A stretch of 64,000 nt of DNA, taken from contig CM060732.1 of NCBI GenBank assembly GCA_030704615.1, forward strand, positions 80,786,001 through 80,850,000, written 5' to 3'. Shown here in pieces: positions 24,015 to 36,000 of this stretch. This DNA is from Takakia lepidozioides (Eukaryota > Plantae > Bryophyta). Position numbers and translations under genes: made by a program. The notes beneath the pieces were generated by a model, which made no database searches, was not told the DNA's origin, and worked only from the letters and a program-made list of their open reading frames with translations. Position 1 is the stretch's first letter. Each line of letters opens with the position of its first letter.

Positions 24015-24720
24015 CACTAGAAGAAAAACGCGGAATAACCACTCTGTTAACCACTCATTTTGAGTGGTAAAAGACATTAAACCACTCTGGCCCCAGAGTG
24101 ATGAAGAACCAGTGGATTAGGACAAGTGAGTGGTAAAAGACATTACATGGCACCAGTGGTTAAGGACAGTGGTTTGAACCACTCACGTCCGGGTCCACCT
24201 GTTAGCTGACGTGTCACAGTGGTAAATTCACCACTGTGACATGTCAATGACATGTCACTGAGGTAAACCAACCACTTATGACGTATCACAGTGGTAAACT
24301 GACGTGTCATAGTGGTAAAGTAGCCACTTCCATTTTGTAGTGGACACGTGTAAGCCAGTGGTCCGTGGTTGATATTGGAGATTATATCGACACGTGGCGA
24401 CACTCTCAGCATGGACACGTGTCGTGTGTCAGTGCTACAAAACGGATGGAGTGAAAAATTCAATGACTTCCGAAACCACTTGTTGAGTGATCACAAAATG
24501 ACTCATAGAGTCATTCTATTAAAACTGAGAATATACAATATCACTCACAGAGTGGTATGTGAGGGATGACGTCTCTCAGCAGGTCATTGGAATGATTACC
24601 CACAGAGTGGTGTGTAAGCCGTTTGAGTCATCCATGGTGTCTCTCTGAGTGGGAACTATGGATTGGAGTGATTACTAACAGAGTGGTGTGTAAGTGATTA
24701 GGAACACCACTGGAGGAATT
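24015..24720 (+). mobile_element. CACTA left terminus with subterminal ACCACT/AGTGGT repeats
   Basis: Starts CACTAGAAGAAAA. Many direct and inverted AACCACTC/GAGTGGT and ACACGTG units; truncates the outer gag. Confidence 0.7.
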
Positions 24721-25109
24721 CATACCACTAATACAGTAATGTATATGGGACTACTTATACCACTATACAAGTGGTAATGTAGGCAATTGTGTGCATTTGG
24801 CTACTCCCACAGTTTTAAATTATACCACTATTACAATGATGTGCAAGTGATTATGAACATGACTAGAGGAACACATACCACTAGTATAGTGAAAGAAGTA
24901 CCATTGGGGATTCAAGCTCCATAAAATAGAATAGAATCCTAGAGAGTTAAGTGCTGGAACACTGTCAACAAAATCCAGCCATGATAAAAGTCTGAGCCTA
25001 ACTTCTACACGGCGTCTCCGCATGCATGCTAGGAACACTGAACTGCTTTCCTGCCTTCTTCTCATTGCCAGCAATGTCTACGCCCGGGCGAACGAAATTG
25101 TAAGCCCTC

Positions 25110-25390
25110 TTCATGTTCTTCTCTGGCCAGGGCTGCCAGGCTCACATTTGATGTAGATGTACACCAGGGGAATGTTCAGAATGACATCTGGTACAATTCC
25201 AGCTTTGATAATGTCACCATGAACCTCTTTGCCCCTTCCCAGGGCTGCTAGGCTCCCATATGCATATTACAAACACAAATGAATATGACCTGGTCTTGCT
25301 TCATCCCTTCCCACATTATTTGCTCCTAGGTTTCCAAAGCCTTAATCCCATACCCATGCTGCACATACCTTGCAATCATGGCACTCCAAA
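25110..25390 (-). pseudogene. Degenerate PLS-PPR fragment
   Basis: FWSAMIARYVQHGYGIKALET, AALGRGKEVHGDIIKAGIVPDVILN. Confidence 0.75.
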
Positions 25391-25511
25391 ACACCAGCAT
25401 GAAGGTACCTTCTTCAACACATTTCACCCTGTTTTCCCCTATTACCAGAGTAGTCTCTAAATTTTCATGTAGAATTTTGTGAGTTAGCTCGTTCGTGATG
25501 TGAGGTTGCAT

Positions 25512-26790
25512 GAGTTTTATACCGATCTTTCACGATGGTGGGACAACCGCAATCACCAGGTGTGGCTTTTCTCTAATTATACGATGTGAAGACGTTCGTC
25601 CATCCTGCAACGGTGGGCTCTTGACTCCTGTGAGTACCATGATTTGGTATTCTTCCTAATGTTTACAAGGTTCTTGGGAGAGTCAGCTTGCAGGTCTTAG
25701 CAGGCCGTGTTTCAATCTCTGCTTGTTCAACTGCACCGTGGTGGTTCTCACAGACCAATCCGACATTACCTGACTACAGACAAACAACACACACAAGAGG
25801 TCCTTTTGGGTTGATGGTCAGTCAAATCTTCCATGCGTCAAGGACAATGTGGTGAGGGCATGTTTCAGCCTATTTTGCCCTCTCATCAGACTTGGCCCTG
25901 AGATGCATGTTGAATTCTGCATGGATGATAAGTAGGGTTGGGTGTTTGCTGGAACAATTGTAGCCTGTCATTATCAGCCGCTAGCAGTAAGGGAAGGATG
26001 TATGCATGATTTGTGCAGAGCTTGGATAGCTGAGGGAGCAGGGGTAGAGTCTGGTCGGTCCAGATTCATCCAAGAGGGCGGGACTTCAAGCTCACGATTA
26101 CATATAATTCCATGTGGATCAATAGCTGCAAGAAACCTGCATGGGTAGATGGTCAACTGGAAGCCGCAGCAACAGCGGCACAATTGATAAAATCAGCCAC
26201 TGCTAATGAAGGCACCTTCTTCAACACATTTTCACCCTGTTTTTCCCTCTTATCAAAATTGGCCCTAAATTTTCATGTTGAATTTTGCAAGTTAGCTGGT
26301 TGAGTGAACCTTTGATAGTTTGGAGTGACTTTGACATGGTACCGCCAATGTGACAACAGGGAAGTATCCAGAAACAGGTAACAGCTGAGACGAGGAGAAG
26401 CTATGGAATGAATACTTTTCAGACCCCAGTCCATGGTGGGACAATCGAGGCAAAAAGGTGAATGCCTGTTGGATTAAGAGAGTAGCAGGTGCAATTGACC
26501 ATAGTGATAAGTTGAGTGGGGTGTTTCCTAGAACAAATCTAGGCTGTCATTGTCAGGTGCTAGCAGTAAGGTAAGGATGTAAGCATGATTTGTGCAGCGG
26601 CATGGATAACTGAAGGAGCAGGGATAGAGTCTAGGTCTAGATTCATCCAGAGGGCCGGACTTCAAGCTCCAGATTACCTATGATTCCATGTGGATCAATA
26701 GAGCTCTACAAGAAACCTGCTGCATGGGTAGATGGTCAACTAAAGGTAACATCTGCAGCGGCACAGTTGATAATATCAAGCACCTCATGT
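25512..26790 (+). pseudogene. PDF-motif exon cluster 3 (exons approx. 25512-25559, 25754-25857, 26064-26211, 26360-26457, 26641-26790)
   Basis: EFYTDLSRWWDNRNHQ|GT...AG|TNPTLPDYR, then IHPRGRDFKLTITYNSMWINSCKKPAWVDGQLEA and EEKLWNEYFSDPSPWWDNRGKK. Confidence 0.8.
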
Positions 26791-28565
26791 GGACAAATGT
26801 AGTCACGGCTATCACTACATCACTTCGATTTGAGCAACGACATTATGACACATGGCAGATAGTTCTAGTGACGTAGTCATGTTCCGAGGTGAAGTCATGG
26901 CTACTACTACCACACCAAAATGGTTTCAAAATTCAAACTTGGAGATTGCTAAGTCCTGAAGGACAGTGTACTTCCTGTGGATGTACCGGAATAATACAGT
27001 TGCGCAAAGTTGGATCCCTCTTATGTTTGAGGTAGTGCTTCTTCACTGTCTCCACAACTGCCATTTGGATCCATGACATTCAGTGCAATTGCAAAGCATT
27101 TTCTTGTTCCCATTTGATATGGCGTACGCCTCCTCGAGTCGCCATAGTCTGTCATTTCGTATCGCATGCGTGGCTCATATGCACCATGACGGCCGAACAG
27201 ACGTTGAACGTTCATAGCTCGTAGTATGCAATGCCATGTAGATCCTCTGCAACTTTGTGTCCTCAGTGCTCTCTCTACAATATATCTACCTCTTGCGGTG
27301 TGTGCTAGTGAGCTGCATGATCATTCATGGTGAAGTCGAAGGTTGTCATTGCTCCTCTCACTGAGTACGAGAAGCTACGTGAGGCTAACATTGCCATCGT
27401 GAAGGATGTCATGGCGAAGTTGAAGCAGGACTTCGAAAGGTAAGGATCGAACAGTTCAGTGACCCAATCCTTTGACAATGCATGCATGGCTAACAGTGTG
27501 ATCTCTTCCCATTTGCACAGTAGATGAGGTGTGATCGAGAGGTGGCACTGTTGGTGTGAATGTAGAAAAGGCTTGAAAAGTGCAAGTTGAGTGTAGTTTA
27601 GGGTATAGGAGTGCATTCATAGCAGTAGGCGGGAGTGAACCGCATTTGACGGCAGCCATTGGGACAGCGGTAAGACACTTCATTCATCGTTTTCTAGCTC
27701 CTTTATGAACATTAGGGTATGAGCTGCATTTGTCTTGTGTTAGTCGTTTAAGAGGGGAGATAGTCAAGTAACCTGTGGGCCACAATGGAAGTATTTTTGC
27801 AGGATTACGGGTGTGAAACCGCATCGGAAGGCACGATCTCGTGGAGCTCCTATCAAAGGTCCGGCAAGATGAAGTGCCCGACTCATCACCATGACTCGAA
27901 CAACTGCCAAGCCCAAAGTAATTTTTGACATAGACGACGACGATCCTTACCTCCCACCACAAAAGGGAGCAGTACATGAAGGGACTGGGGATTCAGCCGA
28001 CTCCATGTCGGAGGACGCAGATGCAGGCACAGTGGCGCACGCAGGGAAAAAACGTGGTGCATGCACACCGTCTCCATCTGTGAGTGCATTTTATGGGCAC
28101 AACCTCATGAGTGCCAAATAGTATCATGCGGACTTCATTAGGGGCCATGATCCGGGGAGGGATTGTCTAAATACTTGGCAGATTTCATATTGCGTGTCAA
28201 TATTCTTCTTTCTTTCTGTTCTGTCTCTTCTCTTCTGTGCTTTGTAGGTCTGTCCCTCATTTGCATGTTTTGGTTTCGAAGGGGGTGTGCTGTCATAAGC
28301 ACATTCTCTGTCTAGATTTCAGCTTGTGCATTTCTGTCTATCCATTTTCTGAGTGGAGGAGCTGCACATTGCCCATGTGCATGTGATGACCTATGGAGGA
28401 TTTGACTCCCCATGAACCCAAACGGACCTCTTGTCCATCCTACAAATGTGGGCTTTTGGCTCCTGTTAGTACCATGATTTGGTATTCTTCCTGATGTTTT
28501 ACAAGGTTCTTGGAGAATCATCTTGGTTCCTTAGCAGTCCGCTGATTCATTTTCTGATTCAAATT

Positions 28566-28940
28566 CAACCTATTTCACAGCCTGTTTTGCCCTCTTATCA
28601 GACTCAGGCCTGATATGCATATTGAATTTCTGTTAAGTTAGCTCGTTGGTGCAAGAGAGAGAGTCAGCTTGGTCTTAGCAGGCCGTGAGGGCACCTTCTT
28701 CTTCAACAACCTATTTCAGCCTGTTTTGCCCTCTTTAGACCTCGGGCCTGATATGCATATTGAATTCTGTAAGTTAGCTCGTTGGTGCTAGAGAGAGAGT
28801 CAGCTTGGTCTTAGCAGGCCGTGAGGGCACCTTCTTCTTCCAACCATTTCAGCCTGTTTTGCCCTCTTATCAGACTCGGGCCCTGATATGCATATTGAAT
28901 TCTGTAAGTTAGCTCGTTGGTGCTAGAGAGAGAGTCAGCT
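28566..28940. repeat. Three tandem units of about 125 bp built from PDF-gene intron sequence
   Basis: Unit: tttcagcctgttttgccctct..cagactc.ggcctgatatgcatattgaattctgtaagttagctcgttggtgc.agagagagagtcagct. Confidence 0.85.
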
Positions 28941-30594
28941 GTCTAGCTTCAAACTACAACACATATTGCCACATTTGGCATACATCTACGCTAGGGGGTA
29001 GGGCAATATCCAGAACTGATATTGGTACAATTCATGCTTTGATCCTGTCAATTCTTTTTTCCCCTTTGTAGAGTTGTAGAACGGGGTGGCATGCATACCA
29101 ATATCCTGCAAACCCTGGCCATGTGGCATCTTCACCCCTTCTACCACTTTTGAATCGCTCGCACTGCCTGTCGCCATTGAGTGGTCAGATTGTTGAGAGA
29201 CCTGTAAGACCATCCCAGTGGAAACATCACTTGGCTTGCTCCCCACCCCCTCTCTAGTTTTTGCAATTGAATCATAATCTTATCTAGTTTTTTTTCTCTC
29301 TCATCTCAGGAAAAATGACCCACTAATCACATTGCTACATCCATTGCAATTCTGCCAAAATCTTACAATGTCAGGCTATGGCTGTCATCATATAGCCTCC
29401 ACACCAATGTATGGATGTGTCCTTCATGAGCAACACTACCCCAAGTTTGCCTTCACCCTACCCTGCCCTAACCACAAAACGAAATTAAAGAATTCTAGTC
29501 AACTGTGACCAACATGGGAGGTTTTTTGGTGGTTCAAAAGCTATTTTCATGAGTAAATACTTACACCACACTTGGTTTGTGGTGGAAGACCTGCAATTTA
29601 TACCATATCGTACACATCACTTACTTGTGGTGGCAATCTTGCAATCCAATATCCACAAGCAGGCAGATTTATTTTCGTCTTGACCAAGCTGTCATGGCAA
29701 GCCTATGGCATATCAGGAAAAGCAAAGCATTAGAGAGGTGAGTTCAAACACTCGTGCAATCAGTTTTTCAGCCCACTGAGCTAGTAAGGAAGTGCCCAGT
29801 ATATGACTTATGTGTCACACATTAGTGGAAAAATAAACCCACACCAACTTTCTCACATCCCTCATCCCATTAGAGATTTGCCAACTTCACTGCTCCCTGG
29901 AATCCCCCCCCCCCCCCCCCCCCCGTGAAAAAGCAAGTATAAAAAGCAAATTCCCCAGAGACATGTTTACCAGTGATATATGTCTCGCTGGTAGTCGTTG
30001 AGAAAACAAGGCTCTTAAGCTTTGCCCACAAACTCAAACATCAAAATATGAGTGTTGATTGGGGGGTATGACACACAACCCTACAATCCAGCAACTTCTC
30101 ACGGTTTAGAAAAGACCTTTCAAAAATGAAGAGAAGGAAGAGATTGAAAGGGAACTATGTGTTCAGGGCTGAATTAAATGGGGCATGCAGCTGGCATCAG
30201 ATGGGCCTTGGGTTGCTGCCTACAGTGAAAGAGAATATGGCATGCTACTGGAGGCATATCAATTGCATATCAATCCTCCTTGTCCACATCTGATAGACCT
30301 CTAGAGCTGGCATCAGCAACAATCGATAGTTTTCATCTAGGCCATCATCATTGCCAAAGTAAAATTTGCCCCTACCGCTCTTGACATAAGAAATGCCCTC
30401 TATCTCACTACTGTGGAATTAGAACGGGAGAACCCATGCACTTGGTATGAACAGACTCTTACATGGAAAAAACCCTCGACAAATGGGGAGAGAGGAGAAG
30501 AGAATGGAGGTACCGCCGCCCTCGGCAGTTGGTGGTTTTTTTTGGGGAAATGACATAGTGAATGCCTATAATTACTTGTAGGGCCTCCCCTCCT

Positions 30595-30850
30595 ATGACA
30601 ACCCTGCTGGGCATATCCTGTGAATCATGCATTCCAAGACACCACATCTTGTTCGGCCATATCATCGAACACTCCCTTGTCATCCTTGATGCTACCACAT
30701 TCAAAATACATGTCCACCCAGGTAGAGTTTAGAACAAATACCTCTCGTACTATTCCCCATTTTGAGGCTGTCCAATTTCAAGGCTACGAAGCTCGCACAT
30801 TCATTGCAAACGCAACCAATTGTGACCTTGTCCGGCTTCAACATCACTAA
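30595..30850 (-). pseudogene. Degenerate PLS-PPR fragment
   Basis: VDMYFECGSIKDDKGVFDDMAEQDVVSWNA...GYAQQG and KPDKVTIGCV. Confidence 0.7.
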
Positions 30851-31169
30851 AAGAACATCGTTGTATAGTCGAATACCATGTCATGAAGGGGGGAATGTAT
30901 CAAATGTACACTTGAAGACTGCAAACAAGGACGACGATTACAAGTCAATTCGAAGTCTGCAAACTGCATGACTCAATGAAGTATGCTACTTACTACTTCG
31001 TGATATTTTGCCCACGCCACTACATAGTGAAACTGCAACTGCTTCGAGCTCCAGGTCCAATATTTTTGCCAATAATCAATGGACACATGTTCACATATGA
31101 CAAGTGCTTTGTTAAAGATAGATGGAATGAGGTCATCCAATGGATGAACCCATTCATGTATATGCCTTA

Positions 31170-31540
31170 AGATGCCACGTGTAGTGATGTAAGCATAGAA
31201 ACAGAGATGTGAAACTCCATTAGTCATGTAGTCATAAGCTTATTGGCATGTCATCAATGTGTAGTAGTGGTGTAGTCATTTAGTAGTCATAAGCTTACGT
31301 GGCACGTGTCTGACGTGTAGTATTGCGTATGACTACTAGTTATATAAACCAAGCCTATGTTCTTGGTCAACACTGTTTGACCGTGGCTCCTAGTCATGTA
31401 GTAAACGATGACTACATTATATTAAATATATTAAATTCCCCAACAATGGGTTGTTCATCACTTCGTAGTTTTTACATATAGTCATGATACCAAGGTTTTT
31501 TTATCACCCGTAGTCATAAAAACGTTAATCTATAGTAGTG
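31170..31540 (+). mobile_element. CACTA right terminus with GTAGTCAT/ATGACTAC subterminal repeats
   Basis: Ends ...CTATAGTAGTG immediately before the outer element RT resumes. Confidence 0.7.
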
Positions 31541-33020
31541 CTTACCCGAGAGTGTGCGAGAAAGAAAGGTTATTCAAGAAGAGATTACCAAAATGTTGGA
31601 CGCAGGTATCATCACACCCTCAATCTCGCCTTGGCCCAGTTCCATTGTCTTAGTAGGGAAAAATGATGGTTCAACTCGCTTCTGTGTTGATTTTAGACGT
31701 CTGAATGCTATCACTAAGAAGGATGTGTATCCCTTGCCTCGTATTAATGAGACTCTTGACCAATTGAATGGAGCTACTATATTCTCGCCGTTAGATCTAG
31801 CAGCTGGATTCTGGCAGGTGCCCTTGACTTCGGCAGCCAAAGAGAAAACGGCCTTCACCTGTCGCATGGACATATATCATTTCGAAACTATGTTTTTTGG
31901 ATTATGCAATGCTACTGCCACCTTTTAGAGGCTCATGGATGTTGTGCTTGGCAATCTTTGCTGGGAATGTGCCTTAATGTACATAGATGATATTAATATC
32001 CACTACCTTTGATGCTCATTTGTTTTACAACGGGTGGTGTGCAGACTTCAGGCTGCAGGCCTAAAAGTCAAAGCGATGAAGTGTGACTTCTGTATGGAAC
32101 AGCTACACTTCCTTGGGCACCTGCTATCTGTTGCTGGCATCAGGCCAGATCCTTGTAAAATTCAGGCTGTTTGGGATTATCCTACTCCTAGGGATAAGAC
32201 CTGTATCAAGGCTTTTCTGGGTCTGGGTTCCTATTATCGTCGTTTCATCTTTCAGTTTGCCAAGCTTGCTGCCCCACTTACTCGCTTGTTGTCCAAGGAT
32301 GCGCACTTTGTATGGGGTACTGCGGAAACCTCGGCTTTTGAAAAGCTCAAGATTGCTTTGACTTCGGCCCCTGTTCTTGCCTACCCTGATTTTACCTTAC
32401 CTTTCCTTTTGCAAACTGACGCTAATGACTTAGCTATCTCTGCTGTGCTTAGTCAAATTCAAGATAGGTAGGAACATGCGATTGCCTATGCCTCGCGCTG
32501 TCTTGACAAACATGAACAAAACTACTCTATCACAGACAAAGAGTGCTTAGCAGTTATCTTTGGTGTTAAATATTTTAGGCAGTATCTTCATGGTTGCCAC
32601 TTCACCATTGAGACAGATCACCTGCCTTTGAAAGCCTTGCTTACTCCTCGCGAACTCACTGGACGTTTGGCTAGATGGGCTCTGATTTTACATGGTTATG
32701 ATTTTCAGATCTCTTACAAGCGAGGCAAAGATAATGTTAATGCTGATGCATTGACTCGTGGGGAAACTAAGCCTCCTGACCCTTACACTACTCTGGATGA
32801 TCTTGTTCATGTTCTTTCTTCCCCTTCTGTTACTGCACGTATCAGAGAGGAAGATCATGGGGGCTGCCACTTTCTTCTCACCTGCACTAACCTGCTGATT
32901 GTGTGGCCATGAGTGTTGTACATAGGCATGGATGAACCTTTTTACGATGCTCTACTCCACAGGTGCAAAGCCGACACCCACCTTACTGGCATTTCCAGGC
33001 TCCTCATGAGGCAAGTGAAC

Positions 33021-36000
33021 TGTCGCGGCCCTTTGCCTTGAGGGCAGGGGGTCGGGACACATGAGGGGCTGCCCCTGTGGTGGGGGCAGCGGCAGCGATA
33101 GGTATGGGGGGCTGAAGCACCCTTGAGTGCCCAAGGCACTCAAGGAGGCGGAGGCGCTCACTAGGTGGAGCCCCACACACCGGGTTGCGGTGGGGGTGGC
33201 TCCACAAGGGGTGGTGGTAGCTTAGCGGGACTTAGTGGGGGTGGCATAGGACTCACCATGGGGGCGGAGACCTCGTGGTGGGAATCGTGGGGAGTCGTGG
33301 GACTCATCACGGTCCATAGGGGCCATGGTGAGTGGGCCAAGACTCACCGCGACTCATCACCGGGAGTCGAGGGTTTTCGTGGTGGTTCGCCATAAAATGG
33401 CATGGTTGGTTGTGAAACCCCCGCGGACAGCTACAGAAGTATATGTAAGGGGAGTAGTGACCCCGAGAACGGTGCAAGCCCATTGGTGACCAAAAACTAG
33501 TGAGTAAGCGAGCGAGCCGGAAAGCGACCAAAGAGTGGGGAGCTGTTCCGGACTGCCATCTACCAAAGGGAATTCCACTAGGCCCAAATAGGTGGAGGGT
33601 TTAGTGGGAGAGCGAAGGGGGACCGTTATGTCCCGGTGAGCAGCCGAAGCTCCAAGTTGGCCCGGCGGCCAGGTTGGGAGTCAGACGCGCGCATCAAAGC
33701 GAGTAACTATGACTTGAAGGGGAGCTTACCGAAGTGAGGTGCGCGACACTTGGTATCAGAGCTTAGAGTTCAGTACGTGATCGTCCTTGGGATTGGCCTC
33801 ATCATGGGGTCGGGCAAGCCAAAGCGAAAGCGGAACGGCCCAAAAGATGATGATCCTGGTGAGCCCGATGGGGGCGACGTGTCACCGAAGCGGCCGTTTG
33901 AGGAAGCGACGCAGGTTTCTGAAAACGAGGCCGCTCAAGAGCGGGAGGAATCCGAGGAGTCGGAGCCCGAGGAATCCCTGAGAGCTCCGACAGACCAACA
34001 GATGTCTCCCATGCCGGCAGCTCTTTGAGAAGGGTTGTTGGCGCAGTTTGGCGGGACGTTCAAAGACGTGTTGAAGGCGGCTAATGCCACTTCCACTAAG
34101 GCAAAGTTTAAGGTGAAGCCTAAGGAACCCGGCACCTTCGAGGGCATCCGAAATCGGAAGGCACTCAACACCTGGCTCTTGGAGCTAGAGTAGTACTTCC
34201 GGGCGGCCAAGTTGAGTGATGAGGATCGGGTGGAAGTGGCTCCCACCTATTTGAGGGGCAATGCTCAACAATGGTGGCAGAAACGCCTTCACGACCGAGG
34301 TCCAAGCCCGGAAACCTTGAACTGGAGTGGGTTCAAGGAATTGATGAAGAGACAGTTTGTGCCCCTCAATGCGTCCTGGCTTGCCCGGGACAAGATGAGG
34401 AATTTGAAGCAAACAGACGACATTCGGGGATATGTCCAGGCTTTCAATGTGCTTTTGCTCGAAGTCGCGGACATGGCAGAACCGGAAATGGTCTTCAACT
34501 TTGTGGCGGGACTGGCCCCATGGGCCAGGCGGAAGTTGGAGGAGAAGACACCTAAGACTTTGAACGAGGCAATTGAGAGGGCTGAATATTTCTCAGATGT
34601 CCCTAGGGGTGAAAGACAAGGCCGTACGGAGCTGAACCACAAGAAGACCCGGCGGGAAGGTGACTCCTTCCGACCGGAAAAGAAGTGGGATAGGCCACGC
34701 GGCGACAATGGCACGTGGAAATCGAAGGGAGGGCCTTCACACGTCAAGGCGGCACCCGGTGCTTCGAAAGGAAAAGTGGGTGGAGCAGCTTATGGTGGAC
34801 AGAAGGCGACCTTTGATGGAGTGTGTTTCAATTGCGGAGAGCCCGGGCACATGGCCAAGAAGTGCACGAAACCCCGACAATTGAACATGACTCGGGCAAC
34901 CACGGAGCTGTCGGAAGATACCATCAGTCGCTTGGTGGAAGCGGTGGTCGCCAGGACTTGCAAGGTAGGCAACTATTCTTGTGAGTTGTATCAGGAAACT
35001 GGCGCATTGCGTAAAGGGAGTCACTTATTGTTCGTGGATGGGATAATATCCGGAACTAACGTGTCATTGTTGGTGGACACAGGAGCGTCGCACTCCTTCA
35101 TGACACCGGCAATGGCACAAAAGCTGGGACTCCCGACAACTGACGTAGGGGCCTCTATTGAGGTGCGTTCTGCCAAAGGAGAACCGCAATTGGCGACGAG
35201 GTTGGCGTTTGATGTTCCTCTTCAACTGGGGAGTTGGGAGGGACGTGAGAACTTCACCGTCTGCGAGATCGATGGAGTGGATCTCATTTTGGGGATGACC
35301 TTTTTGAGCAGATCCGGAGCGGTCATAGATGGCCGCAAGAGGGTAGTCACGCTGCCATGTTGGAATGGTGGCGAGGTCTTACGAGTTTCGGAAACGCCCA
35401 AACTTGTGGGAGGGCAAATAAACCTTCTGTCAGCAAGGGAGTGGGCCGTGGAGGAGGCACACGAGCCCCAGTTTTTGCTCTACATTAGAGAAGTGAAGGG
35501 AGAAGGCGATGGAGAGCCGAGCCCAGATTGGATCAAGGGGATTTTGGAGAAATACCATGATGTGATGCCGGAGGATTTGCCAAGCGGCTTGCCACCGCGA
35601 AGAGGAGTTGACCACAAGATTGAGGTGATACCGGGATCAGAACCGCCTGCCAAGGCGCCCTACCGGTTGAGCCACAGAGAGTTGGTCGAGCTGAAGACTC
35701 AGCTCAAGGATCTAATGTCAAAGGGGTACATCCGGCCGAGTAAGTCACCTTACGGAGCCCCAGTGCTATTTGCAGACAAGAAGGATGGGACGCTGCGGAT
35801 GTGTGTCAATTACAGGGCTCTGAATAAGGTGACTATCAAAAACCGGTACCCTTTGCCAAGGATCGATGACCTCTTCGATCGATTGGCAGGAGCGAAGTAT
35901 TTCAGCCGGATCGACTTGCGCTCCGGCTATCATCAAATTCGGGTGGCGGAAGGAGATGAGGAGAAGACCGCGTGCAGGACAAGGTATGGTTCATATGAGT

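Noticed and set aside
26940-28140. Possible CACTA transposase or accessory ORF remnants
   Set aside because: No motif I can recognise with confidence.
29904-29924. Poly-C tract
   Set aside because: Simple homopolymer with no associated structure.
32942-33587. Small ORFs duplicated at 39111-39840, and 21781-22146 duplicated at 41641-41886
   Set aside because: Incidental frames within LTRs.
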